Both the position numbers and the translations under genes were made by a program. Of a stretch of DNA of 64,000 bases, positions 11,721 to 22,694 are shown in pieces (positions within the stretch are counted from its first letter, which is position 1; the number at the start of each line of letters is the position of its first letter). A model generated the notes under the pieces. That model searched no databases. It had not been told where the DNA came from and saw nothing but the letters and a program-made list of their open reading frames with translations. The DNA comes from Octopus sinensis (lineage: Eukaryota). The stretch is from positions 23,870,001 through 23,934,000 of the forward strand of contig NC_042998.1 of NCBI RefSeq assembly GCF_006345805.1, in the 5' to 3' direction.

Positions 11721-12539
11721 CCTTTATTTCATTAAAACTGTTTTTTTAATTAAAAAAAAATTTTTTTGTCATTTTGTCATGATTGGTAACTTAGCCATGG
11801 TAAAGAATTGAAATATGATAGAAAGAGACCTGAATCTGAATAAACACCCACATGCATGTACATACACATTCACATATAGTTAGACAGACAGAAAGACTGA
11901 TAGATAGATAGGCAGATAAATATAAAAGGGAAAGCGGCAGAGATGTAAAGATAGATAAATAGATAGATAGATAGATAGATTAAAATGGAGAGAGACTAAA
12001 AGTTATGGATTGTTGAGGATGTAGATATAGATAAATGTATGTATATAGATATATAGAGATCAATAGATTGATAGATGAATGGAGTACATAACATTTATTT
12101 TGATTAAAAACAATTTTTTTCTTTTAAAATATTGCTTAAATATTTTAAGCAATTCAAAATAAGTCATTTTAACCACTTTGATTTATGTTTAATTTCTCTT
12201 TTAGTCTGAGATATTTATTTTTTCCCCCTTTTATATTTATGCATTTCAAAATAAGTTTATATAGCTAGACTTCAAATAATGATTTAATCACTTAAAAATG
12301 TTAATGTATAATTACCAAGTTCTGTAATAATGAGTAAATTATACTTATCCATATTTATTAAATTCTAAACATAATCGCCACTTTGGCGTATGTGTATGTA
12401 TGTGTGCTTATGTATGAATTTATATATGTGTATCTGTCTGTGTGTGAATCTGTCTGTGTGTGTGTGACTAATGCTGTAGTAGAATGAAGCAAAAATGATA
12501 GAATTTTATGTAATTGTAGAATTGATAGAAATAATGGTA

Positions 12540-12740
12540 GTGGTCTAAAATTGTTGGCTGCGCTTGGCTGTGGACCTTTGATGTCATTTGTTAGCTGATG
12601 TCATCCCTAGACTGGTTGATTTCTAAGAAATTAATCCGATTAGATTCCAGCTGAACTATTTCTTATTGCTGCCGGAAGCTGGAGCGCCAATCGTCATAAA
12701 GTCAATCAGTTGTAAGTCAATGATGACCTGTGTTTGGTTG
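12540..12740. promoter_or_regulatory. Candidate cis-regulatory element with P3(K50) homeodomain palindrome, ETS and CCAAT motifs
   Basis: TAATCCGATTA 12632-12642; CCGGAAG 12672-12678; CCAAT 12687-12691; two TGATGTCA; unique, more GC-rich sequence between repeats. Confidence 0.35.
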
Positions 12741-13619
12741 TACATTCATTCATTTTACATCTATTTTTCTATGTTAGCATGATTCAGATGGAAACTCACC
12801 TGAAGCAATATTTCATGGCTGGATGCCCTTTCTGTCACCAACCTTTACCTGCTTTTTTTTTTCAGGTAAGGTTTTGTTTTTATTCCACTGGGCTTCAAAG
12901 TGCAAAGTGATTGGTCATTTATCATTAAGGAGTGTAAACATTGCGTTACTCTGTTGCGTCTGGTGAGAGTCATTTTCTTTTTGTGCCTTATAATGTAACA
13001 CACTCACCAGTAAAATTTCCACTTATTTCTTATCTTTATTTTCCTAAAATTTACGTTGCGCCCCAGACACAACAGAATATGTTTCAACACACGAACTCAT
13101 ATAAAGAATCTTGCAAACCAAATCCAAAAATGAAGCATTGCATTACTGTTTTATTCAACCAGTGATAAGTTAGAATGTGAAATGTCTATATTTACACACA
13201 CACACACACACACACTGCTTGCATTCTACAGTGCAGTTAGGGGATGTTGTGTGATTACTTGGTGCATTTACACCTACTTGTTGACAGCAAGAAACTTTCT
13301 CCATGACAAAATGCATTGAATGGCTGGCTTTTACATGGCCTCAAGCATATTTGAACTGGTAATGAGTTCCTATTTATATACATCACTGCTTAGAGCTGTC
13401 ACCCAGTATTTTATTTACGGCAGCCCACTTAATAGCACAACCAGTCATTGGATAACAATGGAAATATCATAAGAGGGATTTGTCTCTTATGTCAGTTCAC
13501 CTTTATGGTCTCTGGAGCTGAAGAGGAGATAATCACTCTGAAAACCGTGCATCCTACTGTCTGGTTAGAGAGTGCAGTGAGCTAACTCTGTGTATTTACA
13601 CCTATTAGTCAACAGCAAG

Positions 13620-13950
13620 TGAAGGCACATGGCTCAGTGGTTAGAGCATCGAGATTATGATTGTGAGGTTGTGAGTTCGATTCTCGGATTGGGCTGCATG
13701 TTGTGTTCTTGAACAAGACACTTTATTTCACATTGCTCTAGTTCACTCAGCTGTAGAAATGAGTTGCGACATCACTGGTGCCAAGCTGTATCGGTCTTTG
13801 CCTTTCCCTTGGATGACATCAGTGGTTTGAAGAGGGGAGTTTTGTATGCATGGGCGACTGCTGGTCTTACATAAACAAGACTTGTGCCTCGGAGGGTAAC
13901 TTTCTAGGTGCAATCCCATGGTCATTCATGACCGAAGGGGGTCGTTCCCC
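13620..13950 (+). mobile_element. tRNA-derived SINE with 13-bp target-site duplication
   Basis: Box A/B-like tggctcagtggttag...gagttcgattc; TSD agtcaacagcaag at 13607-13619 and 13951-13963. Confidence 0.85.
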
Positions 13951-14264
13951 AGTCAACAGCAAGAAATTTTCTCCATAACAAAATACAGTGAATGTCTTCC
14001 TTACAGGTTTGGATATGCCTCAAGCATATTTGAGGTGGCAACAAGTTTAATATGCATTATTAGTGCTGTCACCCAGTATTTTAAGATGAATGTCCTGTCT
14101 ACCAATTCCCTTTACGAAGCATTGGACAGGAAGAGGACTATAAAAGAAAAGATTAGTCCCAGTTGTCACACATAGAATTCAAAAACATGAGGTAGCAATG
14201 TGAACTCTATATCCAAGTTTTCATATCATAAACTGAATGACTAAATTTGACATTAGATTTATTA

Positions 14265-14586
14265 CTAGCAGTATAGCCCAGCGTTGCTCGGGCTTGTTTT
14301 CTTTTCGACTCCTTAGAATTGGAATTTTTGAAAAGTAAAAATTTTGCATTATGTAGCTTGTTATTCTCTTTAAGTGAACATTTTTCTGGTTGAAATACAC
14401 TGAAAAATGGCGACACAGCAGTCAAAAAATCGTAAAAAATAGGGATCTTCATAGAAAGAAAGCACCTTTTTGATGTAAATACGGAATGAAGAGCAAGCCT
14501 TCTATCATACTCTCAATTTTGGTGTTAGTTGAAGGCTACTAAACCTGCCACACACACACAGACAACTTCAGCTTTATACACATAGA
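14265..14586 (-). mobile_element. Non-autonomous Helitron-like element, internally deleted relative to 3423-3812
   Basis: Reverse complement shares both termini (tctat..taaagctgaagttgtc; gagcaacgctgggctatactgCTAG|T). Confidence 0.7.
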
Positions 14587-15224
14587 TTGAAGGAAAACCT
14601 GAGATATCAGTAGCATAAAAGAGTAAAAGAGGTGAACTTGCCTGAACAGAGGATCAAACCCAGAATGACATGTGGCAAACTAATCTTCTGCCATACAATA
14701 CTCAACACTAGAATTATTTTAATCAACAATTACTTCCTGAGTTTATAAGATCATTATTTCATTTCACATTGGTTCACCTCTGAAGATCAAAGTTTTCTCA
14801 TTAGTGACCATAAGAAAGGAATGTGGCCTAGTGGTTAGAGCAGCGGACTCGCAGTCGAGGGATCGTGGGTTCGAATCTCAGACCGGGCGATGGAGCTGAT
14901 CTTTGGAAATTTTCACTCCATTCCTGTCTAACCATTTCTACATTCTCAGCTTTGCAGTACTGCTTGATGATTCACTTTTATTTACTGTTGGTCGAATTTC
15001 CAGCCATATTATAAATATCTGAAAATAGGAATAATTATTTTATTATAGAAAAAATTAGTTTAAAAGGACACAAGACCTTAGAATTCTTATCCTAAGAAAG
15101 AAAGAGAGATATGAAAAGAACATTCCACTCATATTAAGCAACTGTGTACCTACTTTTGTCCACCCCTGTACAATTTTACTTCTGCACAGGTTAGAGAATA
15201 AGCCACATTAACTTTTCATACCCC

Positions 15225-15540
15225 ATGTGAAAAAACATTCGAGCGAGGTCGTTGCCAGTGCCTCTGGACTGGCTCCTGTACAGGTGGCATGTAAAAAACA
15301 CCCTTTGAGCATGGCTGTTGCCAGTACCACCTGACTGGCCCTTGCACCGGTGGCATGTAAAAGCACCCACTACACTCTTGGAGTGGTTGGCGTTAGGAAG
15401 GGCATCCAACTGTAGAAACTCTACCAGATCGAGATTGGAGCCTGGTGCAGCCATCCGGTTCACCAGTTCTCAGTCAAATCATCCAACCCATGCTAGTATG
15501 GAAAGTGGACGTTAAACAATTATGATGATGATGATGATGA
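15225..15540 (+). mobile_element. SINE-like family D
   Basis: ggaagggcatccaactgtagaaac core and (GAT)n tail. Confidence 0.8.
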
Positions 15541-15994
15541 TTTTAAATGTAGGCATGGCTGTATCATTAAGAAGCTTGCTTCCCAGCTATGTGGTTTCAG
15601 GTTCAGTTCTGCTCTACAGCACCTTTAGCAAGTGTTTTCTTTTTATAGCACCACGCCATCCAAAATCTTGTGAGAGGATTTTGTAGATGTAAACTCAAAG
15701 AATCCACACTCCCTTCTCAATGCCCTCCCTCCAACACCATCATCACCACCAGCTGTAAGACAATGCCTCAATAACATAGTTGTCCAAACCCTGCAAGCAA
15801 AGAAAAAATGGATGTGAACATGAGTGAAACAAATATATACATGTGTGTGTATGCTTGTATGTATGAAGTATATATAAACACACACCAGATGTTGCCTTAA
15901 TACCACAGCCTCCAATCAGTCCTTAAGGGTGTATTTAACAGAGTTTACTCTGTTGCAAATATCCTACTGACATTTCTATTCATTTTTTCTGCAG

Positions 15995-16029
15995 ATATTC
16001 AGACAAAACCTACCTATTCCTCTGACTAA
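15995..16029 (+). CDS. Candidate terminal exon (phase 1): (D)IQTKPTYSSD*
   Basis: ctactgac branch point plus atttctattcattttttctgcag, a strong acceptor ending 15994; TAA 16027-16029. Confidence 0.25.
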
Positions 16030-16224
16030 TCTAGTTTGAGTATTGATGATAAGATTTTAAAAATTTGTCTTTCAAACTTATAAAAATTCTTTTGGACACG
16101 GTATTAGGATTTAATCCTTTAGTACTTAGATTACTTTGTCAAATGTAAAATTTATTTATTCACATTGTTTTAAATTGATCATGCCTTATCTCATAGCTTC
16201 AAGATTTCGATGATATCATCATCA

Positions 16225-16440
16225 TCATCATCATCAACATTGTCTTCATCATCATCATTATCATCATTCAACATCTATTTTCCATGCTGGCATGGGTTGG
16301 ACAACTTGACAGGAACTGGCAGGGCCACAGACCACACCAGGTTCCATAGTCAGTTTTGGCTTGGTTTCTACTGCTGGATGCTCTTCCTAATGCCAGAATG
16401 TTCTGGATTCTTTTTATGTGACACCAGTGTTTTTTTACAT
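16225..16440 (-). mobile_element. SINE-like family D, diverged
   Basis: (CAT)n tail followed by ttccatgctggcatgggttggac...ctggatgctcttcctaatgcc. Confidence 0.7.
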
Positions 16441-17452
16441 GAGGTCAGATCTGACAGGTTTGGACATAAAACAGGTGGAACATTTGAGCTGGATGCTAAA
16501 GGATTAAGACACAGTTTAAATTCTAAACGCTTAACTGTTTAAATGCTAAAGTGTGAAGATGCAGTTTAAATGCTAAAAGTTTAAATATTTAAACGCTGAA
16601 GAGTAAAGATACAGAAAATGACCAGAAAAACCAAAGTGTGACTACCAGAGAGATCTTATTGCTCACAGGAGTCTTGCTTGTTTAAAAAATGGGTAGTTGT
16701 ATGTGTTTGACAAGTGATTTGATTTGATGCAGCAGCTCTGCGACTGAAACAATTACATCAGATGAGAATCATAACAGTCCTTTTAAAATGCACGTATGGT
16801 TAATATATTCATTTTTTGTTCTGTTTAGTTATAGTATTATCTACCATTAACTACCAAAAAATGTTGTCGTATATTTACAATCAGGTCACTGACTCTATTT
16901 CATGAGACAATTACATTAGGGAAAAATGCTGGTAATCATTTAAAATGCATATACCATTATATTCAATATTGTTTTATGTTGTCATGATATTATATACTAT
17001 TATGCATTAAAAAAAATTTTTTTTATACATGTAAAATCCAGCCATTGACACTATTTGATTAATATTTTCGAATCAAACATATTTTGCTCCCATTTATGTT
17101 TTTTGTTTACATTTAATCAAAACATCTATGTATGTCTAAGTTCTTTGATCCAAACTATTCATCTATGTACATAAATGTTCTTTGATCCAAAATTACAGAT
17201 TTATATATGTGTATGTATGCGGTTTTTTGTTACTTTGGTGTTCAAAGTTTATACATGTGGCAGATTCATTCAATTCATACATGAGCAAAAAAAATAAGAC
17301 AAAACAAAGTAAAATAAAATAAAATAAAATAAAATAAATAGTTGAATGTTAAAATGCTATTGATGGTATGTATGACTTTTTAAGAGGATTCCATTTGAAC
17401 ACAGCTTTTAGAATATAACAGTGGAATTGCATTCTTTCCTTTTTACTTGTAG

Positions 17453-17499
17453 CTGATACTTTCAGTGAACCATACAGAAGCCAACTGGAATCTCTTTGA
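17453..17499 (+). CDS. Candidate terminal exon (phase 1): (A)DTFSEPYRSQLESL*; phase 0 is alternatively open for 64 codons
   Basis: attctttcctttttacttgtag, a strong acceptor ending 17452; followed by ~400 bp of unique UTR-like sequence and AATAAA at ~17856. Confidence 0.35.
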
Positions 17500-18451
17500 G
17501 ACTCAAATATCTGATGACCATATTGTTTACGACAAATACAAATATGCGTCACTGTTCTATTGTCAATTTTTTCTTTGCTATCATATGGTAGATAAGTCTG
17601 CTAAACAGCATATCACCTTTTCTATGGGGGTCATTTGTGAGGCTTGATCTCCTGTGATCTAGCCTCCCCACATTTCCCCATGTCTTCATCATCCACCTTC
17701 TTTTACTGTTATCTTCCATAAACAGTATGTAACCCTTACCCATTCGTGATTTATTTATCCTCTTGAATGGCATGGCCATAGCATTGCCTCACTCACACCT
17801 GCACACTTCAGCTGTTTCCTTTAATCCTTGGTTATTCTCACTGCTTAATATTACAAATAAAACAATTGATAGAGCTCACATCTACATTTGCAGATCTACA
17901 TTCAGTGTTTCAATCAGGGCCGGATTAAGACCCATCGACGCCCTAAGCACTTAAAATATTTTTGTGCCCCCATAAAAGATTATGTAATTCAAAATATAAG
18001 CAATAACAAACCATAAAATAAATTTTCATTTTTCAAAACAAAACAAAACAGTAAGAGGGAAAATAATGTTTATTTTTGTATACTTCCACTTTATTTCTAT
18101 TTGAAAAGTTTCCTCCTACTTTTTTGAATTGCAAAGTCTTTGATCAGATCCTCAAAATTGATCTTAGGTAACACATCTGCATCTATACTTAGCAGAGACA
18201 AAGGCATCCCGAATATTATTTTAGTAAGTTTGAAGTGATTTCTTTTGTGCCGTAAACCATTACCATTTCTGTGGTGTCCCCTCCTTCCCTTGATACCCTA
18301 AGCATGTGCTTTTTTTGCATAATGGTTAATCCAGCACTGGTCTTAATGTCCCTGTCTCACTACCATGTCTGGTGATTTAGTAGAAGACACTTGCCCATGG
18401 TGCCATGAACGAAGAATTATGTGGTTGGGAAGCAAACTTCTTGCCCATCTA

Positions 18452-19738
18452 TCAGGTCATCCCATAAGTTCAGTCCGAATTTTGAATAAAGAAAACAAGT
18501 GATCAAATGTTATATTTAATTGAAATTTAATCATCAATGTACTTTCCCTGATTATCTATAACTTCCTTCCATCTATTTACAAGCTTTTTAATCCCATCAA
18601 TGTAAAACTCTTTTTGTTTCAAAGTGAAGAACTCTGAAATGTCAGTTTCAAACTCCAACTGGCTTGCGAAGGTTATGTCCCCCAAATGATTCTGTAAACT
18701 ACAAAACAAATGGTAGTCTGAAGGAACAAGGTTGGAAGAATAAGGTGGATGAGGAATTTTTTTCCAACCAAGCTCTTCGATCTTCTGTGATGTGATCTTT
18801 GCAGTGTGGGGTCATGCAGTGTCTGATGAAATATCACTCCTTTTTTATTCACTAAAGCGGGTCTTTTTTTCTTCAAAGCTTGGTTCAAACACTCTAATTG
18901 CTGACAGTAGACTTGAACATTGATTGTTGCATTAGGTTGTAACAAATCAAAGGGAAATACTCCTTTGCAATCCCACCAGATAGAGAGAAGAAACTTTTTT
19001 CCATGAAGTTCCCTTCTCGGTCGTGGTTGAGCTTTTTCCCTTTTATCAAGCCACTGTTTATGACGTTTATCATTTTGATAGAAGATCCATTTATCGTCAC
19101 CAGTCACAAGTCTATCCAAAAAGGGTGAAATGAGTACACGAGAATGGAGAGAAGAGCAGATGTCAACTCAGGATTTGTGGTTGCTTTTGGATAATTCATG
19201 AGGCACCCATTTTCCAAGTTTAGGAACCTTTACAAGTTGTTGAAGATGACAATGAACAGTTGTATGGTTTGAACTAAGCTTCATTGCCATTTCTTCAACT
19301 GATAATGCATGATTTTCTTCAAGTAATGCCTCAAGGAGCTTATCATCAAACTCAACTGGACGTCCTGTTCGATCTTCATCTTCCAGGCTGAAATCTCCAC
19401 TTCTGAATTTTACAAACCATCTTCTGCAAGTTCTTTCATTCAAGCATTCTTTCCCATAAACTGAGCGCATGTTTTGAGTTGCTTTGGCCGCAGAGTTTCC
19501 TTTTTTGTACTCATAAAGCATTATGTGCCTCAAATGCTCTTTGGATACTTCCATGTTAGAAAAAGTTTTAATCAAAGAAATTTTAATTCTCTTATTCTAT
19601 AAAATAATATTTAATTAGTTTAAATATACACAAATACATAAAAATAATTTTTAATTCCATTAGACATTCTAAAATACTATTAAATTTCATTCAATTTTAA
19701 AAACGGTAAAATCGGACAGAACTTATGGGATGGCCTGA
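18452..19738 (-). mobile_element. Full-length mariner DNA transposon (1287 bp)
   Basis: TIRs tcaggtcatcccataagttcagtccgaattt / aaatcggacagaacttatgggatggcctga; TA at 18450-18451 and 19739-19740. Confidence 0.97.
18527..19554 (-). pseudogene. Mariner transposase pseudogene (in-frame stop plus frameshift)
   Basis: MEVSKEHLRHIML...WF.KFRSGDFSLED..R.GRP, WVPHEL, VTGDDKWIFY and HPPYS..L.PSDYHLF.SLQNHL motifs split over three ORFs. Confidence 0.95.
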
Positions 19739-20171
19739 TACTTTTTATTCTTGGTCTCCAAAAACTGGGGAAATCAAATATGGCTAATGCTTACTTTGAA
19801 TAACTGAAAGTCACAAACTGTAGAAAAATAGAAAAAACAAAAATAAAATATGGATGCAAAGGAAAATACCATAGATCTGACACATAACTGGGAATGGATT
19901 GAAAAGGGCAAAATATTTAGTACAAGACATGGGGAGCAGGGACAGGGGGAGATTTGTTATGAATTTGTTGGGTTGAGGTGGTTTTATAATCTAGTATCTC
20001 TAAGTAGCACAGGCCATTTTTAATAGGGGTTAAGAGAAAAAAATAGAGTAAAGAGGTGGTACATGAGAAGACAAGAATTTGGAGTGTATTGGTGAGTAAT
20101 TTCATGCCAATTGTTTGGATGGCTTTCTGCATCACTGATTAGAAATGGTAGGTTTACTATGGAGAGAAAGT

Positions 20172-20472
20172 GGAGGCACATGGCCTAGTGGTTAGAGCAG
20201 TGGACTCATGGTCGAGGGATCGTGGGTTCGAATCTCAGACCGGGCGATGTGTGTGTTTATGAGCGAAACACCTAAGCTCCATGCGGCTCCGGCAGAAGGT
20301 AATGGCGAACTTTTGCTGACTCTTTCGCCACAACTTTCTCTCACTCTTTCCTCCTGCATCTTGCAGCTCACCTGCGATGGACCGGCGTCCCATCCAGATG
20401 GGGAACCTATATGCCACGGAAACCGGGAAATCGGCCCTTATGTGCCAGGCGTGGCTTGAGAAGGAACAAACG
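20172..20472 (+). mobile_element. SINE family C (tRNA-derived head, V-domain-like 3' part)
   Basis: ggcacatggcctagtggttagagcag...gggttcgaatc head; cctgcgatggaccggcgtcccatccag. Confidence 0.85.
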
Positions 20473-20824
20473 ATATGGAGAGAAACATCATCAGTAGTAT
20501 CAAATATATTGTAGTCAGGTTGATTCCCGATATGAAAATGTATAACATCTTAGAAATAAATAATTAATTAAATAAAAAAATTATATGAATATTGTCAAAT
20601 TATTGCCCTGTTACTCTTTTTTTCTTAACAACTTCACTCATTTGGGAAATCAATTTTGAAAACTAAAAAAACGTGAGAAAAATAATTAATTCAATAAAGA
20701 AACTATACAAATGTATTTTGTAGATATTTTATATACATACGTATATATGTATATACGTATGTATGTTTGTATGTATGTATGTATCTCCTCCCACTCTCTT
20801 TCCCTCTCTCTCTCTCCACACATG

Positions 20825-20862
<38 letters not shown>

Positions 20863-21089
20863 CTCACACATACATATATAAGTTTTTGTGAATAATTCTT
20901 GATACTGCCACAGTATTTTGAAGTAAGAATTTTCTATTTAAATTAAAAATCATTAGTTATATAAAATATCTTAAAAAGAGAGAACCACAAGAGTCTTTTG
21001 GAAGTAAGATTTCATATTGTTTAAATGCTTTCGCTGTTTTCAGCTTTTCAAACACATGTATTTTGGGGTAATCTGTATATAGGACGTTT

Positions 21090-21325
21090 TTAGTAGTAGT
21101 GTTAACTCTCTCCAGTTTAGCTTTGGATTTAGAATTTTTATAAAGTATTCTTCTTTTGCTTTGTGCAGTTGATCATTTCTTTCTTATTTAAAAGAAGGGA
21201 AATATTTCGAATTTCTCCATTTGTACAAATGTCTAGATGTTCAATACATGGAACATTTCTAAAAGATAAATCTTTGATTTGTTGTTTATATGCCCCAACT
21301 CTATTCTGTTTGGTTGATATAACTC
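21090..21325 (-). pseudogene. Penelope-like element GIY-YIG endonuclease remnant
   Basis: Frameshifted SYINQT...RVGAYKQQIKDLSFRNVPCIEHLDICTNG..EIFPFF...KAKEEYFIKILNPKLN. Confidence 0.7.
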
Positions 21326-21978
21326 ATTACGTATGTACGTAAGTACATACATACATACATACATACAGACATCCATACATGCATACATACACACATACAT
21401 ACATGGATAGATACATACATATATACATACACACATACATGCATACATACATACACACATACATACATGCATACAAAAATACACATACATACATACATGG
21501 ATAGATAGATACATACATATATACATACACACGTTCACACATACCTACATATATACATACATACATACATGTGTGAGTGTATTAAACTGACATTAAACTG
21601 CATCTTGTAGTGAGGCTCCAGTTTGGGAGTTGTAGGGAGCATTGAGTCACTTCTTAATTGCCATCACTCCTGGGTCTGTTCTGACCCACAGCAGTAGTAC
21701 TATCAAGGTCCTATTTCTCAGTTAAACAAATTTTTGTAAGGGCTGATTGAGTTCCTCAGCTGTAGTGTAAGCAATCAATCGAGAAGGAAAACTCTAAAAT
21801 CAATATCCTCTTCCAACATGCTTTAAGCTAGCATGGAAGAGTAATACTGATGAAGCTAAGATGAGGTACGCCCAATAACATAGATTCATACAATGGAAGC
21901 AAATATCTCATGTGAGCATGATCAATGATATATGTATATATATATATATTTATAATTTATCTCTAATTCATATTTTAC

Positions 21979-22010
<32 letters not shown>

Positions 22011-22694
22011 TAATTTAATAAATAAAAAATATAGATACATACATACATACATATATGTATGTACCTACATCTACATGTATATATACATGCATATATATAT
22101 ATATATATATATATATGAGTACAGGACACCACAATTAAACGTAGGACACAACGAGAAACGAGAACATAAAAACAACTAGGAAACAGACTTTTTTAAACAA
22201 TGAAAAAACAGGGTATAAGACAAACAATACAAGGAATATTCCCCTTCATCAGCTGTCCCAGGATCGACTCTATGCGTGTTTCAAAGGTAAGGACAGAACA
22301 CGACCCGTCGATCCAGTCCTATATATATATTTATATATATTTATAATATATATTTATAATAAGTGTAGGTGGTATACGAGTGGGTATGTATTTATAAAAA
22401 AGAAGTTTGGAAACACCACAATATAAGATAAATTTAAATTTCCTTAGAAATTTTACATGTTTTGGTTTTTCTTGAAAAAACGAATCTTATCAAAAATATT
22501 TTAAAAAGTTAAGTGTAATAAAAAAGTTCATAATTGTTTTTCTTTTATATATATATATATATCGTCATTATATTCACTGCAGTGGTATTCTGCAGTGGTA
22601 TGCACGAGGCGTTTTAGGCTGGTTGTGTGCATATGTGCATATATATGTATGTATACGTTTGTATATGTAAGTATATCGTATGTTGTATATATAT

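Noticed and set aside
20172-20250. tRNA-like sequences (also 13620, 14815, 26515, 35822, 39305)
   Set aside because: Box A/B are present but the acceptor stem is not completed and the sequence continues into SINE bodies; SINE heads, not tRNA genes
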